Origin: a virus
IMG/VR virus record: IMGVR_UViG_3300013126_000021
Span: 9,404 to 73,403 of that record
Length of the DNA stretch: 64,000 nt
Direction: 5' to 3' (one strand)
Shown here piece after piece: positions 11,475 to 20,237 of this stretch. The position numbers and the translations under genes are program-made. Below the pieces are notes generated by a model that made no database searches, was not told the DNA's origin, and was given only the letters and a program-made list of their open reading frames with translations. Position 1 is the stretch's first letter; every line of letters starts with the position of its first letter.

Positions 11475-11732
11475 TCATTCTTCAACACCAAACGATTGTT
11501 TCAATACATCAGGATATTCACTGGCAGGGACTCGACGATCAACACAATCTTGAACAATTGCAGAGCATTTCCTCACAATCAACTCGCCGAACTTTTGTAA
11601 ATCAATCGCCGCATACAATTTGTCACCAAGTTGCGGATAAACATTATCTTTCCATTCAACTCTACCCCAATTACCGATTGTTGCAATAGGACCTAATTCA
11701 TTAGCAAGTAGTCTAATCCGTTCGTTCATCAT
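11475..11732 (-). CDS. MNERI-family small protein, copy 4
   Basis: MNERIRLLA...KFGELIVRKC...SFGVEE. Confidence 0.75.
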   Translation of the reverse strand: MMNERIRLLANELGPIATIGNWGRVEWKDNVYPQLGDKLYAAIDLQKFGELIVRKCSAIVQDCVDRRVPASEYPDVLKQSFGVEE

Positions 11733-11920
11733 TCTACTCCAAAATGTTCCTGGATATTCTTTACATATTCATCATTGGGAAATTGCGATGGTGTCCATTT
11801 AACGACTTCCACGCATTCCCGCACAATCAAATCGGCGAACTTTTCTGAGTCAAACCAAGGAGGACCATATTTGCGTTCTTCCCAGCATTGGGATTCAAGG
11901 TCTTTAATTCGTTCGTTCAT
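11729..11920 (-). CDS. MNERI-family small protein, copy 5
   Basis: MNERIKDL...EKFADLIVREC...HFGVE. Confidence 0.75.
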   Translation of the reverse strand: MNERIKDLESQCWEERKYGPPWFDSEKFADLIVRECVEVVKWTPSQFPNDEYVKNIQEHFGVE

Positions 11921-12606
11921 TTTCTTGGATCCATTTCACCATTGCTAACGATATCAGTATAACATGAATTGGATTTGTTTTGCAAGTATTTTATTGCCTC
12001 TTCCCAACCTTCTTGAAAAGTCTGCCAATGATCTTCTAGACTGTCACTAACATATTCTCCATTAGGTTTGCGGCGTAGACTATGCCCAGATGTTACACCA
12101 AAGCTGGGATAACAAACTTTTTCAAATGCTTCACGGATAGGATCGATCATTTCCACATATCCTTAGAAAAGATAGGTTGACAATGATCGCCCATTTTATT
12201 GATATCACAAACCATATCAAGGTCTGATTCAAAGGGATAGTGACGCAGAAGTGCCCTAGCACGATCCCGAACCTCTTTGGGTATTCGCGGAGTCTTAGAC
12301 GGAATGGCTAGATCAAACAGGAATTCACGAGTCGAATTAACTGCGCGGAGTCTTTCAAATGGTAGAGTCATTTTGAAAAGTATCCTATAATGTAGAGTGA
12401 AACGATTACCAATTGCACCGTAATCAAAGACATTTTACGCCAAATCACGGCGACTGTCAACCATCCTAGATTACCTAGTATCGAAAAAACAACATTCAAT
12501 GGATAATAATTGATGGCTGTAAGCCATACACCTACCAAAAGAATAGCCGTTGAACCCCACTCTAGAATGAATTCTAGTTTTTTCTCGGTAAAAGCCACCG
12601 GGAGCA

Positions 12607-12924
12607 TTACGCCTGCATCCATTTAATATCAGATTTCAAGTGCAAGGATTCTGCACCATCATATTCCTCGATGATAAACTCCTCACCTTCATTCACCCAA
12701 TGAATGTACAATCCATCAGCACCGCCACCGTAAAAATCATCACCATATTTCTTTTCGGCATATTGTTCGATATCGTATGGAGCGGCTTCTTTTTCAACCA
12801 TATCCACGATAACAGGATCAAAAAGGCATTGAGTCACACCTTGATTCCAAGTGTACCAACCAGCACCCCAACCACGGGAAACCAAAACGGCGACCTTACC
12901 ATCACGTACAACTTTTTTCATCAT
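12607..12924 (-). CDS. Hypothetical protein (VAVLVSRGWGAGW...IEEYDGAE)
   Basis: ORF with GGAG RBS. Confidence 0.75.
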   Translation of the reverse strand: MMKKVVRDGKVAVLVSRGWGAGWYTWNQGVTQCLFDPVIVDMVEKEAAPYDIEQYAEKKYGDDFYGGGADGLYIHWVNEGEEFIIEEYDGAESLHLKSDIKWMQA

Positions 12925-13015
12925 ACTCTCCTATTGAGAATAATTCCCTTAATATCCCGCCATATTACTACAATATGGTGCTTAAATTGCTTGAAATAAT
13001 ATGCTCTATACGTCA

Positions 13016-13399
13016 TTATGCATCATCATCATTACAGAAATCCGAAAAATCTTTCCATGAACCAAGGAAAATAACCTCTCCGGAATAATTCATCACTCTT
13101 ACCTTCTCAGCATATAGGTCATATGTATATTCCTGCCAATGGTCAAAATCCTTGCATGAGACAATATAGAATGAGCCCGGCGTTTTTTTGAAATTGCACA
13201 CAAGTTGCGCGGCAAGGCATCCCATACCGTTTGCAATTCGTTTATTTTCGCCAATTGAAATTCCATTTACAAGTTGCATACCATTTAGGAAATCGGCCAA
13301 GTCTCGCCCAACACCAGACGGATATCCATCATATTGCCCATACAAGGAAAGAATTTTCTCCGATTCATCATATACATTGATAATTGAACGGGTTCCCAT
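13016..13399 (-). CDS. Hypothetical protein (MGTRS...YDGYP)
   Basis: ORF with AAGGAG RBS. Confidence 0.75.
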   Translation of the reverse strand: MGTRSIINVYDESEKILSLYGQYDGYPSGVGRDLADFLNGMQLVNGISIGENKRIANGMGCLAAQLVCNFKKTPGSFYIVSCKDFDHWQEYTYDLYAEKVRVMNYSGEVIFLGSWKDFSDFCNDDDA

Positions 13400-13686
13400 T
13401 ATTTTATCTCCTTAGAATACAAAAAGCATGAACAAAAACCAAGCAAAAACCACACCAAATAATCCTGGTGCACCATCCAGTTGGAAGGCTTTACTGGATA
13501 AAATATAAAAGCAAATATAATAAACCACCGGGTAGTATTCACCCATCACAAAATACCGAGGATGGTCAATAATACAAGAGAAAAGAAAAACATATAACCT
13601 ACAATTCCAATCCAATATGCATTGTCGAGGAGGTAAATCATTACTCTGTCAAAAAAATCTTTCATAATGCCACCGGGAGCCTTTTT

Positions 13687-13959
13687 TTAATAGTCATCGG
13701 AATATGAACCATAATCCTCATCGGTACCCCAGCCAACCGAGGCCAGCGCCGATGCATGGTCTCCATCCATGTTATCATAATCTTCCATGTCACGATAACG
13801 GATTGCCAATCGAGTCTCGGCATCGGCAATGAGTTCCATGCAGGTGTCGGCTGTATAATACGGAAAAAAGGATCGAATATAATCCACGATGGAGGAATAA
13901 TCCTCATCGAGTTCGAGCATTTCCTCAATGCCAATGCTCAGGTCTTTCATTTTACCCAT
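13687..13959 (-). CDS. Highly acidic small protein
   Basis: AAGGA RBS; D/E-rich; ends DGDHASALASVGWGTDEDYG. Confidence 0.75.
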   Translation of the reverse strand: MGKMKDLSIGIEEMLELDEDYSSIVDYIRSFFPYYTADTCMELIADAETRLAIRYRDMEDYDNMDGDHASALASVGWGTDEDYGSYSDDY

Positions 13960-14015
13960 GGTTTTTCCTTTTGGTTAGAGTGTAACAGGTTGCAAGAGGT
14001 TGCAAGAGGTTGTGG

Positions 14016-14372
14016 TCAGATACGGAAGAGGTAGGTCGTACCTTCATGGTCTACCTCCGAATAGTCCATGCGCAGGTTCTCGGCCGTGGCTTCCCAGTCC
14101 ACGACCACGTAAGAGGGCAGGTCGCGCGGAATCTCGCCGCAGTCTTCCAGGAGTTCCTGGCAGTATTCCGTGAAATCCTCTTCCGGAATCAATTGGACGC
14201 CATCCTTCCACGTATCCGAAGCATAGCCCTCCACCTCTTCCTTGAGGCTCTCCAGGGACGCCAATTCCTCCATCAGAACCGCCCGTTCGGTGTCGGGCAT
14301 TTCCAGGGTCTCCAGGTCATATTGAATCTCATCCATGCGGTCCTGAAGGTCGCGGGTGTCAATGATGTCCAT
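14016..14372 (-). CDS. Acidic ArdA-like antirestriction/DNA-mimic candidate
   Basis: Start revised to MDIID after AAGGA; very acidic; GEIPRDLPSYVVVDWEATAENL resembles the ArdA C-terminal segment. Confidence 0.6.
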   Translation of the reverse strand: MDIIDTRDLQDRMDEIQYDLETLEMPDTERAVLMEELASLESLKEEVEGYASDTWKDGVQLIPEEDFTEYCQELLEDCGEIPRDLPSYVVVDWEATAENLRMDYSEVDHEGTTYLFRI

Positions 14373-14412
14373 GCTTTTCTTTCCTTGTCTTAAAATTGAT
14401 TCGATGGAATGA

Positions 14413-14470
14413 ATTCTACAGGTACCAGCGCCCAAGGCAACCAACCCTGGAGTGTTGCATCGGTACAACA
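14413..14470 (-). promoter_or_regulatory. Island promoter repeat 1 (TTGCCT-16-TAGAAT plus box)
   Basis: Matches eight other copies in 14.4-20.2 kb. Confidence 0.8.
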
Positions 14471-14640
14471 AACCGATCCAATGCTCCAGGACCAACGGAT
14501 CGATCCGCCCATAGTGGGACCTTCCTCGATTCCTCCAGGCGCTTGGAGGCGCTCCTATCGGCTCGATTGTCTCGGTGCTGGTTGGTGGCTCTCACGGTGG
14601 AGCCTCTTATATAGTCTTATTCTATAAAAAAGGAACGATG

Positions 14641-14672
14641 ATAGCCTCCGCCTATCGATAGGCGGAGGCTAT
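14641..14672. repeat. Perfect 32-bp palindrome ATAGCCTCCGCCTATCGATAGGCGGAGGCTAT
   Basis: Self-complementary with no spacer, intergenic. Confidence 0.9.
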
Positions 14673-15032
14673 GAGCAGGATTTCCTGATTGATTTAGACT
14701 ATTAACGGAACCGGTGTTTTTTCTTGGAGACAACCCGAAGCCCCTCGGTGTACAGGTAGAATTCTACCAATTCGGTACCTGTACCTGCTTCCCTTTTAAG
14801 GTATGCGATCATATAATCCCAGCCCATTATTATTCCTTTATAAGATAAGAGCGGAAAGAATCCAAGAGGGCTTGGTACTCCAATGCCATCTCGGTAGAAT
14901 CCACCACGTTATTATATTCCCGAGCGGCGACATATGCTTGGTTAAACCAATTTATATCGCCATGCTTTTCTACATAATCGATGGCTTCACGCAGGAAAAC
15001 CATTGGGCTTTTATTCAACATAATACCTCCTA

Positions 15033-15860
15033 TCAACCGACGATGGTGTATTCCGCAAGGTCTTTCCACTTTGCACCTGCGGACTTGCGGATTTTCGTAA
15101 CCTGAATGAGAGTCCGAAGGGACAATTCCTTCACCTGATCCATGAGGGACTCAATCAACCCAAGGGCATCGACCTTGTGGGCTCTGTCATATTCGGGCAT
15201 GAAGCCCTTTTGATCGAGCAGGTACCGCATGCGGTCGATTTTCTGAGCATTGGACATGGTGAGGTCAACCGCCATGGATCGGGTGATGATAGCCTGATCG
15301 ATTGCTTCGGCTGGCAGGTTGGAGATAAAAACCACGCGCCCCTTGAATTCAAAGGACTGCGGAAGGTCGTCATCACGGAGATCCGCGCGCCATGAGATAA
15401 CACGGCGCGCATAGGAGTCCAATGCACCTTTGAGCAGGTTCAACGACACCGGATCCTTGAGGACTGAATCGCAATCATCGAACACGACCACGCCGTCCTT
15501 GTTTTCGTAGAGGGTGCGGTACAGCCCTTTGGGTGTAGAATAACCCTTGATGACTCGAAAGGACTTGCCCGTGTTAAGTTTGGAACCAACCTCGAATTCA
15601 TCCAGGAGCGTAACGTCGACCATGCCAGCCGCATTCAGGGCTTCGGACACGGTGTAGGACTTACCAAGCCCGCCAGGGCCGGACACGACCACGGACGCTT
15701 GGTCGCCTTTGGCCAACATGGTAACCATGTCGCCAAGGAAACCGAACCGTTGGTTGATCGAGAACCGCGATTCTACGGCCTTTTGGGTAAGGGCTTCGAC
15801 CGCGGTGGTCAGGCGGGACTTGGTACGACGGAAACCTGCTTTTGGTACGCCACGGGGCAT
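15033..15860 (-). CDS. P-loop ATPase (AAA-like)
   Basis: GPGGLGKS Walker A, VVVFDDCD Walker B, FISN sensor, SLRTL. Confidence 0.85.
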   Translation of the reverse strand: MPRGVPKAGFRRTKSRLTTAVEALTQKAVESRFSINQRFGFLGDMVTMLAKGDQASVVVSGPGGLGKSYTVSEALNAAGMVDVTLLDEFEVGSKLNTGKSFRVIKGYSTPKGLYRTLYENKDGVVVFDDCDSVLKDPVSLNLLKGALDSYARRVISWRADLRDDDLPQSFEFKGRVVFISNLPAEAIDQAIITRSMAVDLTMSNAQKIDRMRYLLDQKGFMPEYDRAHKVDALGLIESLMDQVKELSLRTLIQVTKIRKSAGAKWKDLAEYTIVG

Positions 15861-15936
15861 AGTCTAAACTCCTGTTGTTTTGTCTTGGTGTTGCGTTGGT
15901 GTTGCGTTGGTGTTGTTTAATCAATCGATGGAGAGA

Positions 15937-15995
15937 ATTCTACAGGAACCAGACGGTGTGGCAACCATGCTCCGGAGTGTTGTACCTATACAACA
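15937..15995 (-). promoter_or_regulatory. Island promoter repeat 2
   Basis: TTGCCA-16-TAGAAT; box at 15978-15995. Confidence 0.8.
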
Positions 15996-16277
15996 TCAGT
16001 TGAAGTGCTCATAACGCCGGATGGGGCTGTCCTTGTGAGGGGAGTTCCTATGCTCAATTTCCACAATATAACCCGCACCTTTCACGGCTTCAAGGAATCG
16101 AGGTGCATCATAATCCTCCTCCAGATAAACCGTTTTACCATTCATGTAGGAATAACCTGTAACAGGTTCTGACACCATATATTGGTCGACCAATACTCTT
16201 TTCACGGCCAACCAGCCATGCCCCGGATCGGTGTAGAATTTCAATTTCAAGGTTTTGGTTTTCATGTTAGCGGTCAC
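15996..16277 (-). CDS. Hypothetical protein (DPGHGWL...YLEED motif)
   Basis: ORF with a recognisable mobile-element motif. Confidence 0.7.
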   Translation of the reverse strand: MTANMKTKTLKLKFYTDPGHGWLAVKRVLVDQYMVSEPVTGYSYMNGKTVYLEEDYDAPRFLEAVKGAGYIVEIEHRNSPHKDSPIRRYEHFN

Positions 16278-16836
16278 TTACTGGAGCGATACGGTGGGAA
16301 TATCAACCACGGCAAAACCGAGGTCCGTATATTCCTGGATAAGGAGGTCGATCTCCATTAAATTTAGGAGTTCCTGCGCATATGCGATATCATCATCGGT
16401 GGCCTGATTGAACCAAGCCATCAGAACGGATTCTGATGCATTCAGGAGAAAATTCAGATTGGAACGGTCGTCGGTGTTCATTGTGTTTCCTTTCCAGGGT
16501 GTTTTGGTTTGCGTGAATACTTGGTTCGAATCGTATGCCGCTCCATCGGCTTGATGGGTGTACGGCATACGGGCTTGGGTACGGGTACGACAATCGGTTG
16601 GAGAACCTTCATTTCCTTACCTTTCCAATAGATTCAGCAATCCGCCGTTTGAGTTCCTGAATGTATTCATTATGCCAACCGAGTTCGAATTGAGGATGAT
16701 CCTTGGAAAAGGTCGTGGCACGCACCAATTCATTCTGTAGCATCCGAAGGGTCTTACCTTCGAAGTGCTTTGGATCCGTCGGGGACCATTTCCTGGGCTT
16801 GCTCATCATATACTCCAAAATTCAATCAATGGTTGG

Positions 16837-16896
16837 ATGATACAGGTACCAGACAGAATGGCAACCACCGGGCTGATCTGTTGCAGGAAAACAACT
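16837..16896 (-). promoter_or_regulatory. Island promoter repeat 3
   Basis: TTGCCA-16-TATCAT; box at 16879-16896. Confidence 0.7.
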
Positions 16897-17107
16897 TCAT
16901 TCCTCAGGTGCGCATTCGACATGATACGGTGCACCGGTACTCCAATCGGAGATCCATACTGTATCATCCTCGGGCACCCATTGGGTACAATGAGCGCACC
17001 TATATTCCGTTCGGTGCACTCGCCCCGAAAAGGTATCAAGGAAGGACCGAGAATTTCCAGTTTGTTCAATTTGAACCATTTTATTTCCTTATTTCATTAA
17101 GCCGCGA

Positions 17108-17863
17108 TTAAGCCGCTTTTAACATGATGGAGGGATACTTTACAAAGCCCGAGGTGTCCTTTTTGGCCTTGCCCTTTGCATAGAGCCCGACAACCACGCC
17201 TTTTGGATCGAGAAACCTAAGATCCGAATCGTCGCCATTGAATACTGCCCGCCCAGCATACGCCACCGGGAGGTCCTGGGATTTAGGTACACCGAAAACC
17301 ACGGCTACATTCATACCAGCATCCATGGCGCGAATTGCATCCGAATCATTGCCATCAGCGGCTGAAAAGGTCAGGTGGTAGTTGGAAATACCGACCACCT
17401 TACGCCCGAGGATTTTACTATAATCATAAAACTGGACATCAGAGAATGCAAGGAAGATATTAGCATACTCAATACCACCACGCACCACCGGGTACTTTTC
17501 CCATGCAATGTCAGAGGTGCCATTCAGGCGAAAAACGGGGACCAATCCAAGCTTGGTGGATTGACGGATGGCCTTTTCAATATCAGCCACCAACCGACTC
17601 ATGAAGGTAGTACGATCCTCGAAAAACAACCGGGTCTTACGCTTGCGCGCCTCTTGGATGACATTGGTTGATTCACCTTTGCGGAACATGCCACCGCGCC
17701 CAGCCGTGTTAAGACAAGCCGCCGAGCAACCAGCCGTACGCTTGGGGCAAGTCTCATAACCCGAAAGGTCAGCGGGCGCAAGGTGTAGCAGGTACGTCAT
17801 GTACCCCTGGTCCATACCTTTGAGGGTTTTCGGATTGCCAACGGTCAATAGTTGAAAGGTCAT
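17108..17863 (-). CDS. Gp88-like phage protein (Cys cluster)
   Basis: CPKRTAGCSAACL, RLNGTSDI, FYDYSK, YHLTFS, GDDSDLRFLD motifs. Confidence 0.75.
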   Translation of the reverse strand: MTFQLLTVGNPKTLKGMDQGYMTYLLHLAPADLSGYETCPKRTAGCSAACLNTAGRGGMFRKGESTNVIQEARKRKTRLFFEDRTTFMSRLVADIEKAIRQSTKLGLVPVFRLNGTSDIAWEKYPVVRGGIEYANIFLAFSDVQFYDYSKILGRKVVGISNYHLTFSAADGNDSDAIRAMDAGMNVAVVFGVPKSQDLPVAYAGRAVFNGDDSDLRFLDPKGVVVGLYAKGKAKKDTSGFVKYPSIMLKAA

Positions 17864-17911
17864 CAGAGGTCCTTGGTTGCTTTGTTGGTTGCTTCGTTCA
17901 TCATGTAATGG

Positions 17912-17970
17912 ATTCTACAGGTACCAGAACCGATGGCAATGATGTGGAGGAGTGTAGTGAGAAAACAACA
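17912..17970 (-). promoter_or_regulatory. Island promoter repeat 4
   Basis: TTGCCA-16-TAGAAT; TGTAG-N8-CAACA. Confidence 0.8.
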
Positions 17971-18388
17971 AGGATTGTGGGATAGATTATTCCAAATTGG
18001 ATTGGAATATGATAGGAAAAGGCTATTCGCCAGCCGATGGTGTCAAAAAACCGACACTTGTCGCGGTGTCGGTCGCGGATGGTCGGATGAGAATGATTGC
18101 TATTTAGGATGAGCGTGGATGGGCGTGAACCAGAGCCCACCAGTGCCAGCCGACCACTAGCAGCCAGAGCCAGCCAACCTAAGCCCGAGGCTCTCACGCG
18201 CCAAAACGATCTAGGAGCGCCTCGGAGGTGCGCAGGAAGGTCCCAGTACCATCCACACCGTTCCAAACGCTCCTACGCGCCTCCTTGGTTCCGTTGCATC
18301 GGAGCCACACTGGTGGGGTGCTGGTTGCCTCTACGGCTCTCCGCATGCTATAATGGTCCAAACGGCTTGCGCCGGTGCTGGTGGGCAG

Positions 18389-18490
18389 GCAGGGGCGGAT
18401 TAGAGCCTCGGACGTCCAGTGCTATGGTTCCATCCTACAGGAACCAGAACCGGTGGCAACCAACCCTGGACCTGTTGTATCAGGCCAACA
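18389..18490 (-). repeat. Promoter repeat 5 plus conserved ~40-nt non-coding downstream segment (copy A)
   Basis: 57/60 nt identical to 19208-19267. Confidence 0.8.
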
Positions 18491-18707
18491 CCTCTTGGAT
18501 ACCAATCTCATCCACCAGCAGGCGGGACACCGGTTCGGTACCACGCCAGCGGAGGTGGATAGGTTCATCCAGCACCAGCGTATGCTGAACGGTCCCTCCG
18601 TACTTTACACGGGACTCCACTACAGTACCGACCACGACGGTATCGGTAAGGTAAGCCGCTCGGACACGTTGACCCTCACGGATCCAGGTTGAATTGGTGG
18701 TTTTCAT
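18480..18707 (-). CDS. Hypothetical small beta-rich protein
   Basis: Coupled to the upstream ORF (TGATG). Confidence 0.65.
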   Translation of the reverse strand: MKTTNSTWIREGQRVRAAYLTDTVVVGTVVESRVKYGGTVQHTLVLDEPIHLRWRGTEPVSRLLVDEIGIQEVLA

Positions 18708-18913
18708 CAGACTAGGTCCCATCCGGAATCTCCGAAGTTTTCTTCGTAAAAGGAATGAAGCATGGAATCAATATATTCGGCATACGCTTGGCGCGCCTCT
18801 TCCTCATGGGACTCCTCTACCAATTCCCTCAATTCACGGTTCACCTCATCCATACGGACCTCCTCGATTGGTTTCTCGGTAAAAAAACGGTTGGAATCGT
18901 TTGGTCGCATCAA

Positions 18914-19099
18914 TTATTCTCCTTCCTCTTCCGACAGCCCCTGATCATATTCCATCACGGCCAACAGGTTGTTCCAGATATGCCGACGGTGCTCATTGTC
19001 GGCTTGGTTCCATTCATTCCAAAAGGAAGGATCCGGGCGAAAACCAAAGGCATCCTTGTGCAGGTCGGATACGAACCTGGTCATAGAATCGATGGGCAT
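18914..19099 (-). CDS. Hypothetical protein (SDLHKDAFGFRP motif)
   Basis: AAGGA RBS; downstream of promoter repeat 6. Confidence 0.7.
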   Translation of the reverse strand: MPIDSMTRFVSDLHKDAFGFRPDPSFWNEWNQADNEHRRHIWNNLLAVMEYDQGLSEEEGE

Positions 19100-19136
19100 G
19101 GTGCTTCCTTGTTTTGCTTCGTTCATCATGTAATGG

Positions 19137-19195
19137 ATTCTACAGGTGCCATGGGTGGTGGCAACCATTGGTGAACCTGTTGTATGGAAGCAACG
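19137..19195 (-). promoter_or_regulatory. Island promoter repeat 6
   Basis: TTGCCA-16-TAGAAT; box at 19178-19195. Confidence 0.8.
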
Positions 19196-19207
19196 GAAAA
19201 AAGGTGC

Positions 19208-19299
19208 GCAGGGGCGGATTAGAGCCTCGGGCATCCAGTGCTATGGTTCCATCCTACAGGTACCAGACTGGCTGGCAACCGTGTAGCATGGAAACAACA
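19208..19299 (-). repeat. Promoter repeat 7 plus conserved ~40-nt non-coding downstream segment (copy B)
   Basis: 57/60 nt identical to 18389-18448. Confidence 0.8.
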
Positions 19300-19301
19300 G
19301 G

Positions 19302-19523
19302 TCAGTCCAGAAGGACCATGTATTCCTCGGGGAAGTACCGACGGAACCAATCCAGGCCCTTCCTGACGATGGCATAATTCCCGACCATTTCCGCACCAAT
19401 GATGCAATCATATACGGCTACCGCATCAGGGGGAAGTGTCACCGACTGCCCGGTGAACCGGTTGGTGATCACCTCAGGTTCGGTCCCAAGGATGAGAGAA
19501 AAGGGAGGCTTTCGGTTGCTCAT
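19302..19523 (-). CDS. Hypothetical protein (NRFTG...AVYD...YMVLLD)
   Basis: GGAG RBS, packed ORF. Confidence 0.75.
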   Translation of the reverse strand: MSNRKPPFSLILGTEPEVITNRFTGQSVTLPPDAVAVYDCIIGAEMVGNYAIVRKGLDWFRRYFPEEYMVLLD

Positions 19524-19526
19524 CGT

Positions 19527-19709
19527 TCATTCTCCAGAAAAGGAAGGGGTTACACCGCAAGCTTCGAAAAACCGGATGGTATCGAAGCGGGGGTTAAGCT
19601 TCACGCAAGCCGACGCCACGGCCACCGAGGCATTCAGGCGGGCGGTGGGGTCCATCATCATACGGATGGATTCGGCGATGGTCTCGAAGTCTTTTTTGGA
19701 CATTGCCAT
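19527..19709 (-). CDS. Hypothetical protein (MSKKDFETIA...NPRFD...F..AC)
   Basis: AAGGA RBS downstream of promoter repeat 8. Confidence 0.75.
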   Translation of the reverse strand: MAMSKKDFETIAESIRMMMDPTARLNASVAVASACVKLNPRFDTIRFFEACGVTPSFSGE

Positions 19710-19755
19710 GGTATTTCCTTGGTTGGCTTGGTTGGTTTTTTGTTTCGATGGATGG

Positions 19756-19814
19756 ATTCTACAGGAACTAGACTGGCTGGCAACCTGTAGGGCCCCTGTT
19801 GTTTTTCTGCATCA
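19756..19814 (-). promoter_or_regulatory. Island promoter repeat 8
   Basis: TTGCCA-16-TAGAAT; TGTTG-N8-CATCA. Confidence 0.75.
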
Positions 19815-19890
19815 CCATGGTCTCCAAACGAAGAGGTCCAACAGGATCACCACCAGGGCGAAGAAAAACAACACCGAGAACACCGAGCGC

Positions 19891-20145
19891 TCAAGCATGG
19901 CGGCGCGCATTGGACATGTCACGGGCGACCATTTCCGTCCGCGCGACAAAGCTAGGCAGGAGGTCCGGATTGTCGGAGACCATATCGATCAGCATGGACT
20001 CCAGATAGCCGAGGGCATACAATCCGGAATTGGTTGAATCGGATCCACGCGAGACCTCCTCGCGGGTTCGGATCATACGGACGAAGGTCTCGACCACATT
20101 GGCGGCGAGGGCTCGGTCGACCTTGATGGTTTTGGCTTTGCTCAT
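19891..20145 (-). CDS. Hypothetical protein (YALGYLESML)
   Basis: AAGGAG RBS; first gene of the island. Confidence 0.7.
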   Translation of the reverse strand: MSKAKTIKVDRALAANVVETFVRMIRTREEVSRGSDSTNSGLYALGYLESMLIDMVSDNPDLLPSFVARTEMVARDMSNARRHA

Positions 20146-20179
20146 GCTTGGCTCCTTGTAAATTTTCATCATGGAATGG

Positions 20180-20237
20180 ATTCTACAGGGGCCACTGGTG
20201 GTGGCAACCAGTTCGGTAGTGTTGTGTGAGTGCAACA
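20180..20237 (-). promoter_or_regulatory. Island promoter repeat 9
   Basis: TTGCCA-16-TAGAAT; box at 20220-20237. Confidence 0.8.

Larger units (their letters stand above)
6005..13399 (-). other. Hypervariable array of about 25 small, translationally coupled hypothetical ORFs
   Basis: Continuous chain of 60-160 aa minus-strand ORFs with ATGA-type overlaps; several Cys motifs (6203, 7105, 9031, 9438). Confidence 0.85.

Noticed and set aside
6911-11920. Diversity-generating retroelement explaining the MNERI family
   Set aside because: No reverse transcriptase in the window and differences are not adenine-specific
13987-14012. Short tandem repeat AGGTTGCAAG x2.5
   Set aside because: Too short to support a function; consistent with the CAA-rich leaders in this region
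17901-18588. ORFs 17901..18266 (-) and 18097..18588 (+)
   Set aside because: Low-complexity R/A/S/P translations typical of GC-rich non-coding DNA; no RBS; they cross promoter repeats
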